In this document: piece after piece, positions 27,230 to 40,058 of the stretch
How the letters are laid out: each line of letters starts with the position of its first letter
Numbering within the stretch: the stretch's first letter is position 1
From: Felis catus
Lineage: Eukaryota
Direction: 5' to 3'
Assembly (NCBI RefSeq): GCF_018350175.1
Contig: NC_058368.1
Coordinates: 68,760,001-68,824,000, forward strand
Length of the DNA stretch: 64,000 nt
Notes under the pieces: generated by a model
Told to the model about the DNA's origin: nothing
Database searches by the model: none
The model's input: the letters and a program-made list of their open reading frames with translations, nothing else
Translations under genes and position numbers: made by a program

Positions 27230-27267
<38 letters not shown>
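27230..27267. repeat. (GT)19 microsatellite
   Basis: Directly visible. Confidence 0.95.
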
Positions 27268-27269
<2 letters not shown>

Positions 27270-29235
27270 ATGCACATAGATGTAAAGCATATAGATGTTG
27301 TATCTAATGTTGATAATACTGTATAGAGAGGACTTATACTACTACGTCTACATTGGTTGCAGGACATATATTTATGGCTTTGGTATTTTCAACCCCTTGA
27401 TTTCAAACAGGAAACTGACACTCAGAGAGCGTAACTCAAGACGTTACGCAGCTATTCAGGAGAGAGGAGCAACTAGAACCCCGTGTAGAAAAACTGATTC
27501 TCCATCCAAAACCACGCAGAAGTCTCAAAATGCCATTTAACTTACGTGTCCAGTAAATTATAAAGAAACCAGTTTCAAGGTTCTATAAAGAAACATGTTC
27601 TTAAGGACTGTCACTTCTGCTGCTCCCTTTACAAACCTTTTCTTCAAAAAGTCAGCTAGGTCCTTTATTCGTTTTGTAGTGGGGCCTCTCTAGTTTCTGT
27701 ATTTTTATTGGTGCATAGGGCTTCCTGTGGGAAGGCCCCAGTGAGGGACCTCTTCTCAGTGGCTGTGATTACAGGGCAGGATTACACCCTCTCCCGGAGG
27801 TCAAGTGGCTCTCAGCCCAGCACGCCAGCCAGCAGCATCTCGAGATTCCTCTCCTGCCCAGGCATCTGCATCTGATAGGTGCGGGCTGAGGCCAGCCATT
27901 GATCAGGGGCGAGAGCACACTGAGAGCTATTTTAAATCAGGCTCCAGAAATAGAAGTAGGGATGCTCAGACATCAAGCGACTCGCAAGGAGGAGAAATCA
28001 TTCTTTAAAAATATATTTGGAGAATTTAAAAATTGAAAAGAGGAAACCCAGAGAATCTCAAAATGAGAAATTAGGAAACTCAAGGAGGCATCTTTTCTTT
28101 ATTGTGATTAGATTCATGGAAAATAAAATTAAAGGCATCCCATAAATTACTTAATGGATAATGAGTCCTTGACTGTCTGACTCAGAAATCGGTTTGTTTT
28201 GCGAGGGCCCTTTGATCAGCTCGCTAGGAGGCCGGTGTCTGGCAGACGCCTAAATGCCACAGCCGACCAAAAAGTGAGCGAGGGAGCCGCGTACGGCACA
28301 ACTATTTTCCTTGAGGCGGTCTTACATTTTGATCAGTCTCAGCCTCACGATCCGACATGACTGATGTTTTTCCCTTCAGAAATGTACAAACTGGCTACAA
28401 AGCGTCAGCAGGGCGAGGACACCTGGGGTCCCCGGCCCGGGCTTGTCTGGCTGCTGAGAGGTGTGGAACGAAGGGAAGTGGCCTGGCTTGGAGGCCGCGC
28501 TTTCCAGACTGGCCTGCCGCATCGTTGAACAGCTGCAAGGGAACTTGCGCGGCTCAGTGTTCTATAGTCAGAAGTCACAGCTTTCTGAAAATCCAACACC
28601 TAGGAGGGTTTTAAATATATTTTGAAAAATGAAGTGTCATGTAAGTGAAACCCCTAAAAATAGACTGAGATTGTTTTGTAGAGTTGCACAGCGAGTCCTT
28701 TGGTGTTTCAGGAAATACTACAGCGTTTCTTTACCCTTGAACTTCAATCTTGCTTTTCCTTTGAAGATGCGTCCAGTGGTGAACCTCCACCCTCGTTATA
28801 CCCGGGTGCTACACATCAGCCCTTCTGTAAAGAGCTCTAGCAGGAAGGGGCAAAGGACTGAGCTGCTGGTCACCGAGGGCCACCAGCCCTCTGAGGCAGT
28901 CCTCCCTCAGGCAAGGGTCCTAGCAACAAAGCCCCACTCACCTGGACCAAAGGCCTGCTTCATCCTGAACCAAACCTACAGGCTACGAGTTCATTTATTC
29001 TTGTAATTCTCATAGAATGAAGTCTTGTCGAGAACAGATCTCTCAGATGTTTTCTGTGTAGTTGTGTTTTGTTTTCATCGATCAGAAACAGCCACTGGAA
29101 GAAGCCCCCATCGAGCCCTCCTGCAATTATTTCTGGGGGAATCCGTGACCCCGAGACCCTGTGATCAACTCAGGGCAGACATCTTTGTTCCCCCAGCACA
29201 TGGGGTGGGGGGGGGGCAACAAGAAATGCATACTA

Positions 29236-29420
29236 CAGCAGTTCCCAAACTTGAGCGTGCCCCAGAGTTACCCCGAGAGCTTATTCAAACACAGCTTGCT
29301 GGGCCCCACCCCCGGACTTTCTGATTCAGTACCTCTGGGCGGGGCCTGAGAATCTGCATCCTAACAAGCTCCCAGAGGCTGCTGCCATGCTGGCCCAGGT
29401 ATTACCCTTTGCAAATCTGC
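29236..29420. mobile_element. MER5A hAT-Charlie MITE
   Basis: cagttcccaaacttgagcgtg...gctgggccccacccccggactttctgattcagta...gggcctgagaatctgcat...aacaagctccca matches the recalled MER5A consensus. Confidence 0.85.
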
Positions 29421-31176
29421 AAATCGCTGGGCTAAGGATGCTGGGGTTCCAAGATCAAATAATTTGTCCTGGGGGCAGATCCTCCCTGTCACCAGGGCCC
29501 TCTTGGCAGCAACGAGGTAAGCCACTGGCACCTGCTGGAATTTTCCTCCAGGATAATGCTGAAATTCCCTATTCAGAGCCTTATTCCTTTAGGTTAGCCT
29601 TCGGTCCACATTAAAACGCAAAAGTTCCTTGGAGGAGGATCAGGAGTTCGTTTGACAAACATTTGTTGAGTGTATTCTTGACACCAGGCACGTAACTGAG
29701 CACTGAGGATTTGAAAATAATAGGCAGAGTCTATTACATACACAGGGCGAAACCTTGAGCTGGGGGCAGGCGGGTGGAGAAGTCAATGTGTAAGTTCTGG
29801 AGAACTAGGAGGTAATACTTAACAATCATCACCAGGCACTATCAGAAAGTGGGCTACCCAGAGGTCACCAGAGGGGGTGAAGCAGGTCAGCAGGAACAGC
29901 ACTTCAGGGTACAGGGCAGTGAGGGCCTGCCAGATCAGTGCTTAGCTGAGCCTTCAAGGGCAAGGGCGTCTCCTCCTCCGTGAGGGGCTTAGAAAGCCAG
30001 AAGGGGGAGAGAACACGAGGCCGCTGAATGCCTGAGGAGGACAAGGAAAGGAACGCCAAAGAAGGAACAAGGCCAGAGAAAGAACTGGGAACAATTACTT
30101 TTGAATTCTGCCTGGGTTCTGCACCGGAAGGAGCTAACTGGGATGGCATTGATTGCGATGTTGGAAATAAAACTGAAGCACAAGTCGAAAAAAAAAAAAA
30201 AAAAGGAAAAAGAGAAGCATAAGCGAAGCATTGGGAGAAACCGGAAAATATTGTAGGCAGGAGCCCCAGCTTCTTAGGGCAACCCAGAAACGTCTTGCAT
30301 ATAAGCAGGGCCAATGGCAGCATATGTGGGACCTTTCTGAGAATGAGAAAAGGGTGCCCTCTCCACTCAGACACATTTTCCCAGGGGCCCCTCTGGGTAG
30401 ATGACCTAGAAAATGCCACAGGTTCCTCCCCGCTCACCCAGAGCACTGGAGGATGGCATCTGTCGCTGCATTTCCAGCAAGCCCTCAAACGTAGTAGGCA
30501 CCCCAGCAGTGCTCCCCGCATATTTGGACTAGGCATCACACCCAGGGTCAATGCCTGGGCCCTAAAAGTGTTTGATTCACTTCTGAGTTTAGTAGCAACT
30601 GAGGGAAGAAAGCAAGCGTCAGGCCTTTGTAAGAAGAACACTGTGGGATTTGTACTTGGGGCAACTTCTCTGTGGGTTCCTTCCGGCTGCGAAATAAATC
30701 AGTTTGAGAACCGAGGAATGCTCCGGATAAGTGGCCTGAGTACACAGTTCTGTCGGTCCCTTTGATCTCTAAGGCACCGCCCTGCTCTCAGCTTCTGTAG
30801 CTGGAGCAGATCCGCACAAGGCACAAGCCTGGCCATTGATGTAGAATGACTGAAGGGAGAGAGGAAGCCTGAAAGTGGATTTATTCAATAAATATTTATA
30901 GAGTAGCTCCTCCTTTCATTGCCTTGCATTGGGACAGCACTTTACTGCTTACAAAGTATTCCTTGTTCTCTCTATAATCTGTCCTTCATGGCATCAATCA
31001 TGTAATGTAGGTAGGAACTATTATCAACATTTTAGAGAAATTGACTTACTCAAGGTCACATGAAGGAACCTTGGCAAAACAAAGGCTTGACGCTGGCTCT
31101 TAGGACAAGGTACTTTCCACCAGTCCAGAACGTTCTGTGTTGGCTGAAAGAAAACAAAATGCAAAAGCCAGTAAGA

Positions 31177-31672
31177 CATTGCCATCAGTAGAAATATAAT
31201 GAGAGGTACATGTAGCTCTGAACTTTGGAGGGGCTAAAAAGAAGCAAGTGAGCTTAATTTTAATATAAGCTAAATAATAATATTTAAACCAGTTACTTAA
31301 AATATTATCAACTCACCATGTAGTACATGTGAAACAATATTCATGAGATACTTTCACATTCTTTTTTCTACGAAGCATTTGAAATCGGTATGTATTTTAT
31401 ACTCAAAGCACAACTCAATTAGGAGCTGAACTCACTGGACATTCTTGATCTGTATTTAGATTTCATAGAATTTACAACTGAAAAGTAGATTTATGTACTC
31501 AGGTCAGTCCAAGCCCACTTGAAAGGTTTCCAGGAACTAAAGTGAGGATCAACGTTTTAGTTAAATTTACATTAATTAAGAATAAATACAAATTTCAAAT
31601 TTAGTTCCTCAGTGGCACTAGCTACATTTCAAGTGGTCAGTAGGCACATGTAGCTAGCGGCTCCTATACAGG
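31177..31672. mobile_element. Charlie1-family non-autonomous hAT transposon (MER33/MER3-like)
   Basis: tagaaatataatgagagg...tttgaaatcggtatgtattttatact...ttagttcctcagtggcactagctacatttcaagtg...cacatgtagctagcggct. Confidence 0.75.
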
Positions 31673-32138
31673 AGAATGAAGCCCTAACACAACCCTCCCT
31701 CCCAAGAAATCTAGTCTGGCAGATCCAATATGTGCTTTGGTCTGTGTGTTAGCAGAGGTTAGTCTTGTCCCTTGATAACCGTGTCAAAAGTTGGTTTTCT
31801 CCATCCTTACCCCTCATCAGCCATCTTCTTTGGTGGCCTTCCTTAACCTAATTCAAGTCTGTGCTCTCTTCCTCGTTCCCACAACTGCCTGCTTATATCC
31901 ATCTCAGAAGATGGAGGTTGTGATGGGCCAAGGGAGGCAGTGTCTTTGATAACATTAGCTCTGTAACTTTTAGGATAGAAACCAAGAACAAGCAGGAAGG
32001 AAGAGGGGATTTGTGAGAGGATAGCAATATACTTATGTATAGTATGATGTGCCTTCTTTTCCTTCTGGAACATCATTGACTTCACACAGGACTCTGGCCA
32101 GCAGAAAGTGTGGCTCCTCTGCTTTTAAAAGCAAGTTC

Positions 32139-32372
32139 AGGGGCACCTGGGGTGGCTCAGTCGGTTGAACATCCAACTTCGGCTCAGGTCGTGATCTCAT
32201 GGCTCATGAGTTGGAGCCCCACGTTGGGCTCTGTGCTGACAGCTCAGAGCCTGGAGGCTGCTTTGGATTCTGTCGCTCCCTCTCTATCTGCCCCTCCCCG
32301 GCTCGTGCTCTGTCTCTCTCTCCTTCAAAAATAAATAAACATAAAAAAAATAAAAATAAAAATAAAAATAAA
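32139..32372 (+). mobile_element. Carnivore SINE
   Basis: Full body with (AAAAAT)n tail; TSD aaagcaagttca. Confidence 0.93.
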
Positions 32373-34497
32373 GCAAGTTCATCTCCTTCGAGTCTGTCTA
32401 AATTCTGGTTGGATTTTCATAGTAACCACAAATGGCAATCTGTTTCTCCCAGGAAAACAATTATTTCTTACCTGAAAATACACACGAAAGTCTACCCCAT
32501 TCACTGGACTGGGTTGAGGGCATTGTTTCTATGTGGTTTTTTAGGAATACTTGAGTAATTATTCTTTTGCCATCTGTGCCTAAATACAGGTTTGTCCATT
32601 TCTTTTCCTACACGTGAAAAGCCGTGACCAAAGCCATGCTGTCTTTAGGGATGAGCTTCTCCTGGATCTTTGTCATCCTGTAATCCCATCAGACCCTGGT
32701 CCGTAGGACTCAGGGACTCTATAAAATATCGTACAAATATAAACTAGATGTGTCCAACCTATCATTTTAAACCTCATTATTAGTGCCTCGGCTCCACTGA
32801 ATACACAGGCAGGAATGTTTTCTTGTCCCCTGCTGCCCTCATCCTTTGTTCTCCATGGGGGTTAGAGATGGGGGTTGAGGCAGTGGAGGTGCAGGTTCAG
32901 GCTGGTCTGTGAAACCTGACCCAGAGTAAATTTGGTTATTAAACTCATCTTCTTAAACTGCCTAGTTAAGCAAGTTGGTGTTAGCTGCTGGGAACACAAT
33001 GCTGCCAAACAGACAAGCAGTAGCCTGCCTGTCCCCTCAAGTATTTTACAGCTGGAGTCAGGCATGTGTCATGGCCGTCAAGGTGGCCAATTTCCTTACA
33101 TGCACATACAGTTATTACCGATTTACACACTTCTGCTAGCAAGTAAATGAAGTCCTGGGATGAAGCAGCATTGCCTACCATCCCAAGAGACGTCCTGCTA
33201 AATAAACCTTCCACGATCGGATAAGCTTGAGAGACACCATTGTTTCTCTTACTCTATTGGAGACTCGTTCAAGACCGAAAAAAGCCCTATTGCAAAGAAG
33301 CGTGTTCAGCCTGGTTTACCTGGAGTTAACTAAACTTAATTATCATGGGACCTACTTTCCTCAGGGGACATTTGTGAATCACTCAAAAGTTACTGCTGTC
33401 TGAACTTACTCATACATGCTGATGTTAAATACTCTACGTCCAGTTTCCATTAAGTTCTTACTTAAAGAAATTTTTAAAAGGACATCAAGGCCATGTGTCT
33501 AAGGTAGCTGGCAGCATATACAATATCTGAAAACGATCAGCTTCTAGTATATAGTCCTTTATTCCTCCTGGACCCAACGATGTTAAATTTTTAACATTTT
33601 AACTACTTCATAATCCTTGAAAACATTAAAAGAAATGAAATATAATTTTAGAAATATGAATTTTCTAGTTATATTTTTGTTGTAGGTGTATGATTTAACT
33701 CCAGCATTCTACAGAATGGAGATTGTGAGTCCATTAAAAACTAAACTGAACTAAAACTAAAACGAACTTGCATTCATTCCTCTGGTCAGTGAGCCAGTCA
33801 CCAGTTAAATCGGTCAGTAAATATTTTTTCAGGAACTAATAGCCATGAACTAAGGCACTAGGGACACAGAAATGACAAATATAAATTGTCCTTACCATCT
33901 GAGTGCTTACTGCAGAGAGGGAAATACTAACATTAAGCAAGTAATAACAGTAGAGAGAAAGTATCAGAGACCTAAAAAATATTGGGAAGCTTCTCCCTAT
34001 CCATTTCTAAGTTCAGATCTCTGTAAACTAGAAAAAATATAAAGAATAAGGAGCCCACACTGCACCCAAAATGACAGTACCCTTATTACATAGGAAGACA
34101 CATCCCGAATAATTGTTTATAGCATTTCCAACAATAAGATCAATGGCCTAAATGTGAAATTAATCTGAAGCTACGGTTCTAATACACTGTTTTGGCGATG
34201 AAGCACATTAGATGGGATTGTTTCAGAATGCTTAATTATTGTGTCTGCCACACTCATGTGTTTGAGTCATTCCTAACTTCTGGACTGCTGCCTAGATTTC
34301 TGCAATACGGCTGCAGTTTTGTTCTCTCTCTCTCTCTCTCTCTCTCCCTCTTTAATGCATAACTTTCCTCACTAGCCTTAAACCTCAAAGTTCTGAACTG
34401 CACTTTTGCAAATTCTATATAAGACCTAAAACAGTTTGTCAAAGTGTTGATTCCATTGAGTTTGGGTGTAAGTTGATGTTTTCTTTGTGTTCTGCAG

Positions 34498-35098
34498 GTT
34501 CATGATTTCAAAGTGCCTGTGTGAAGTCACTTTCGCTGGAAACTGCAGCCTGAGCTCTTGTTGTGTTCAAATTGTTCTTCCGTCAAATGCACGTAGCCCT
34601 GACCTTACGGTGGATGAAGATACCTCAACTGTCTGACTTTGCCAACTGCTCGATTTCAGGATTTAGAAGGGTGGAAAGAAAGAGAAATCTTGCCAAGATC
34701 TGAACGTCTAGGTGGCTTATTCTCCAGCACCGTCAATAGCTGCGCGTGTCAGAACTGAATATCCTCCCAAGGAGTGCCATGATATTGAAGTCACTTTATT
34801 AAAAACAGTTGTGTCTGCAGATCGGTCGAGAGACTCGGACGTTTACCGCCAGAGATGACACTGAGTGTGCTTCTGTTGCGGCCCACTGTCTTCAAGTGGG
34901 GCATATTGATTGATGAGTGACTGCTCGCCGATAAATTCTCTCCTCATTGCTTCCTGGATTGGGCCTCCCTAAGCAATTGATCACTTACCTTCAGACTCAC
35001 ATGTGGGGTTTTTCACAACAGTAGTCTCGGAATCACTGGGACCTGGATCGATTTCATCATTTGACACAAACAAACAGAATCCCAGTAGCTCGAGCATC
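34498..35098 (+). other. MBNL2: 5'UTR portion of the MBNL2 first coding exon (whole exon 34498-35272, 775 nt)
   Basis: Strong acceptor gttttctttgtgttctgcag|G ending at 34497. Repeat-free sequence continues to the ATG. A large UTR-plus-CDS exon is the known architecture of MBNL1/2. Confidence 0.8.
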
Positions 35099-35272
35099 AT
35101 GGCTTTGAACGTGGCCCCCGTCAGAGACACAAAATGGCTGACGTTGGAGGTCTGCAGGCAGTTCCAGAGGGGCACGTGCTCGCGCTCCGACGAGGAGTGC
35201 AAATTTGCTCACCCCCCCAAGAGCTGCCAGGTGGAGAACGGGAGAGTGATCGCCTGCTTTGACTCCCTGAAG
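35099..35272 (+). CDS. MBNL2: MBNL2 first coding exon, CDS portion (58 codons: CCCH zinc finger 1 and start of zinc finger 2)
   Basis: Translates as [58 protein letters not shown], the MBNL2 N-terminus as I recall it (MBNL1 begins MAVSVTPIRD...[15 protein letters not shown]). Contains the C-x7-C-x6-C-x3-H finger. ATG context atcATGg. Ends at a phase-0 donor AAG|GTAAGG (GT at 35273). Confidence 0.97.
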
Positions 35273-37638
35273 GTAAGGGGATGCGTTTCCTGTGTCGTGT
35301 TGATGGCACAGTGGACTCTCGGATGAAATGCTTTCCCATGTAGCTTCACAGAAGTTCAACAGTCATTTTTAGGTTCTGTTTTCTTGTTTGCGGTGACTGT
35401 TGGGAGATCTTCACCCACGTTTTTTCATATCAGGCATACATAAATTTTTTACAGAGCCATGTTTAAATTAAAAATACATGACGGTATATTTTGGGTCTGG
35501 CATGACATTCATGTACCCAAGAGTTTTAAATCAAAGTCTGGCTTGTGACAACTGAAGATAAATATTTTATTAACGTTTGATCTTCTGGAGGTTATATAAA
35601 GGTGAAGAAATTGAATGTGTCACTTTTATGTGCCAGTTATTCTGATTCGCCTCTCGAAGAATTTTCTACCCTTATGCTTTTCTTTCTTGACCAAGGGCTT
35701 CCTAAAATACTTCTTAATAGGTTTTTCATTCTTTCTGACGATTTGCCATGGCTAACAGAAATCATTGAGTACATACTTAGTGCTCCTTGAGAACCCACTA
35801 TGTGTTAGTTAACAGCATCACGGAAGAATTGAATGTGATTCAAGATGGTATCCTTGAGCTCACTGTCTAGGAGGGAAAATACAGCATGTCAGCAAGTAAC
35901 TATAATGCAAGACAGAAAGGGACATATGCCTTAAGAGAGAAACAGGCTTCTATGTGGGTCCATAGAAGGGAGAGCTGGCTTCCAGCTGACTGTTTCAAGA
36001 CATGTTCTAGAAGGTTGTTGCAACCTGAGGTGTATACTAAGTCAGGTGGGGTTTGGACTTGCAGAAATTGGGGGAATTATGATGAAATATCTAATTGAAG
36101 GAAGTAGGTGTGACTTAGCCCATAATGCTTTGAGGCTTATTTTGCCCTAAAATATGGATTCTATGAATCCCAGGCTGTCTAGGACAGTCCTAACATCATC
36201 ATGATATAGTTTTCAATGGAGATAAGAGCTTAATGTTTACATCTCTGCAAAACTTTGTATAAATAAGCTTACCAAAGAGTTTAAAAAAAAAAAAAAAGGT
36301 GGTCCATGCTCTTGGGAAATCTTAGTGCTGTGAGTTTACAAAATAGTGACCTTAGCCTATTCTTGGATATTGAAGGATTGGGTATGTTTTGAGGGAGAAT
36401 TTCATCTTAAAGTGAAAAGTTATGTCTTATGATATTTATTAGTCGAAGTCGAAATATAAGACTTTGTATATTTAAGTATATCTTAAAGGGAAAATTTGTC
36501 TACACACTAAAAAGCAGAAGGATACATTTGTAGCCCAAGAGAAGTCTTTTAAGGGTTAAAGTTTGAAAAATTAGATATGCCATTTATCCCCATAACTTTC
36601 CCTATCTTATTGCTCTTTATCATGAAAAGTTTATTAGATTAGACTTTAAAAATAGGAATTGTTTTGTCTACACAGAAATAAACAGATGGATAAATCACAG
36701 TTATATAAAGTATAACATTATAAGCATATTTTTATAATAGTATTTATTTTGCTTTTAGTCAAACAAGTAACCTAAGTACGTATTTGCTTCTACAGTCATC
36801 ACCCATGGAAACATTCACTATAAAAAGCAGTTTAGATTAAAAACTAGATTTTAAGAGCTTCAAGATATGGAAACAGGTCAGAGGTAAGAAATTCATTTCC
36901 CAGGTCATCCTACTTCCTTTGTTTTATTGATCCAAGCCTTCACTGGTTGGATATTGACTAGGAACCCAACGTCTTAGGAAGTGTCTTAAAACTTAATTCT
37001 TTCAGCTAGTTAAGGAAATATGAGGGAGATATATACAACACATTAAGGCTAAGTACTTCTTGAATATCAAGAGGACAGCAACTTCCAGGTCCTTACAATT
37101 TATTACCTCAATGTGGATTCTCCGGGACCACAGTTGTTGGAGGAATTCCAACCCATGGAGAAAGGGTGAAGAACAGTTAAGTTTAACATAAAAGCATGAA
37201 CCAAGCATGAAGATTTGAGTTTTAAGGACCATTTTCAGAAATGTCTAGTGGAATCATTTGCAGTGTTGAAGCATGGTTACAGATTGTCTTAAGTTATCAG
37301 TTCCCTTTTAGAATTGTACATTTTCAGATTATTTAATTTGAGCGTGGTGTCACTTATTTTTAAAGTTGTCAAACTGTGAAGAATGTGAAAAGAGCCCATA
37401 GCATAGGAGTAAGACATACCTGAGTCTATAAATACCTGCTCAACCACTTCCCTGACTTGGGTGGGTCCCTTGTCACTTCTTAGCTTTGTTGTCTCATCAG
37501 TGAAATGAGAACATTTGCCAGTGACATTGGCTAACGTATGCACACTGCCCGGCACCACGCGGACATATTCACCTTGCAAGGTGGATGTAAGAATGACGAG
37601 TTCTTACAATAAGGATGAGTAAATTAAAAAGGCACTCA

Positions 37639-37838
37639 GGGGCACCTGGGTGGCTCAGTTGGTTAAGCGTCACGCTCTCTTGGTTTCGGCTCAGGTCATG
37701 ATCTCATGGTTTTGTGAGTTCGAACCCCACATCAGGCTCAGTGCTGACAGTGTGGAGACTGCTTGGGACTCTGTCTCCTTCTCTTTGTGCCCCTCCTCCA
37801 CTCACATTGTCTCTGTCTCTTTCTCTCTCTCTCAAAAA
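37639..37838 (+). mobile_element. Carnivore SINE
   Basis: Full body; TSD aaaaaggcactca. Confidence 0.92.
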
Positions 37839-39299
37839 AAAGGCACTCAACAGTGGTAGCTAAAGAGAAAAATTATGATGACAACAATAATTAAGCTATT
37901 TAATTTTAATTTCATTTAATATAATAAATAAGACAGTGTTGCTCTGCGGAACCAGCCTACGACAGACGGAAATGCAAGGGCTTGGCTGTCAGGCCAGGGC
38001 TTGAATGAGTTCTGGCTGGTTAGAAGTGAGCTGTAGCATTTGAGACAAATTATTTTACCTCCTTGACTTCAGTTTCCTCTTATTCAATATTCATATTATA
38101 ATTCCAACTTCATAAGGTTACTGCAAAGACTACCTGGCCTAAGATATGCCAGATGCCTAGCAGAGGGCGGGACATAGTAGAGCCAGCTCTTTTCCCTTCA
38201 TAAGAAAGTATTACAGCATAGACACTGATTCTGATGACTGGCTTTACAGACAGGATGTGTCCAACTCATAAAGCGTTCAACTCTTAATGTGTCCAAACTC
38301 TTAAGAATCTACTGTGTGAGTGATAACAGCTCAGTGATACAAACTAGTCATGACATTAAAGCAAGTCAAGTTTGATGCCGACATTATGTTTGTGGTTAGT
38401 ATTTCTTACAAGGTATTTTCTCAAGGACTGTGGACTATTTTTGTTCAGAAAAATAGGGAAGAGGGATCTGTGTTGGCATACCAATATAGAGACCAGTCGA
38501 CTATAAGCCTGACATATTCCTTTTTGTTTTTCAGTTTTTGTTATGGACTATTTGCATCCATGAGGAAACATCCATAAAAACATACTAAACAAATTAGTGG
38601 GTGGTTAAAAAGGAGATTTGCTGAGGTCTTTGGAAAGAGAGTTGTACATCTATAAATACTTTTGTAGAAATGTTTCAGAAAATAGAGCACAGTTCTTACA
38701 ATGACAACTGTACTTTATTCACAACTGTTACCTTGTTGCATTTTAAATGAAACCACTGGGCAGAAAAGGCATTTGTGATATTTTTTTTTAACAGTGCAGT
38801 TGCTTAAATTTTTCTGGAAGGCCTGGAACATGGTGTTCCACAAGATAGGTTAACTTGACAAAATGCAAATTGCTTCGTGAGCAGCTAACCTCCCCGTATC
38901 CTTGACCATGTTGGCCCCATCTCTGTTCCTTTATAATCCATAAAATAGTCTCCCTCACAGTTGAGATGTTTGAGATTTTTCTTTTCAGGTTCTTTTCCCT
39001 GTACCCAATAGGAACTAGTCTGGATTGTTTTGCAGACGGAAACATCCGGAAGGGAATAAATGAATTAGCTTTCATGCTTATTGGGACTAAAGGTTTTGGC
39101 ATTTACCACTTTCATCAAGTATTTAATGTCTTTGCTTAAACGTTTTCATTCAAACTGAAATTAAAATAGGAAATAATTTTAAAAAAAATCACGTTGCTAA
39201 TTTTGGCCAAAGAAAAACAAAAAGCACTCCTAGAGTCTTTGGGGAAATTGTTTTGGCTTTACATAATAAAAATTAGTTCAAAGACCCTGTGATTCTTTG

Positions 39300-39905
39300 A
39301 GCACCTGAGTGAGATGATGTCACTCTTCCATTGGAAGCCTCCCAGTGGCTTCCCAGCTCGCCTGGGTACGTGGGTAAAGACCGATCCTTACAAAACTGTT
39401 TGAGCCCTGGAGATCTGACTCTCATCCCAACCCCCTGACTTCTGTCCTACCACTGTCCCCCCATCCAGTCCCCTGTAGCCACCCCGCCTCTATCCTGGCC
39501 CCTGGCTGTGCCAAGTAGGCTTCCTCCTTAGAGTGTTTACACTTGCTCTTTGCTCTGCCTGGAATATTCCTGCCTCAATTGTATGAACAGCTTATCCCTC
39601 ATTCCCTTCTGGATTCTGATCCAAACTGCCAACAGTGAAGCCTTTCTGCCAACCTTATTTCAAATAGTAATTTCCCCGTGGCTGTGATTCCATTTGCTCA
39701 CCATCTTGCTTTCTCCTTCTCCCTAACACCGCCTTCTGGTAAACTGAACACATACTTGGTTTGGGTTCATTATCTGTCCCCCTCCCTTCTGCTAGAATGG
39801 AAGGTCCATGTAGATGGGGATGGTATCTTTTCTGATCACTGTCGTGTCCTCAGAGCCTAGAACAGTGTCTCCTACGTATTAGATGCTCAATAAGTATTTG
39901 TTGCA
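39300..39905 (+). mobile_element. L2 LINE 3' end
   Basis: gatgtcactcttc...cccagtggcttccc...ctagaatggaaggtccatg...cctagaacagtgtct...gctcaataagtatttgttg. Confidence 0.8.
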
Positions 39906-39944
39906 CGGTAGAGCATGTTCCTTAGGAAAGGATTCAAGCCTCTC

Positions 39945-40058
39945 AGGTAGAGCTGCTGCATACGGCTTGTGTGGGTGCATTTCTCAATATGGTCTGCGTG
40001 ACCGGCACCCCCTGGAGTTGTGCAGTGCACAACCTGTACGGCAATGTGCTATGGCCCT
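39945..40058. mobile_element. MER91-like hAT MITE
   Basis: ttgtgcagtgcacaacctgtacggc...ggccctg resembles a MER91 terminus. Confidence 0.55.

Larger units (their letters stand above)
1..34497 (+). other. MBNL2: Intron upstream of the first coding exon of MBNL2 (partial)
   Basis: The exon begins with a splice acceptor. No CpG-island first exon or other gene is recognisable upstream, and the sequence is repeat-rich. Confidence 0.65.

Noticed and set aside
29904..30641. Longest ORF (245 aa, minus strand)
   Set aside because: No recognisable domain. It runs through a poly-A/T homopolymer (Phe run), is antisense in an intron, and overlaps other ORFs; consistent with chance.
34468..34497. GTAAGT 30 nt upstream of the exon acceptor
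   Set aside because: Too close to the acceptor to form a spliceable intron.
35273..35326. ORF continuation [17 protein letters not shown] after the MBNL2 exon
   Set aside because: It lies beyond a consensus donor AAG|GTAAGG and does not match the ZnF2 continuation; intronic read-through.
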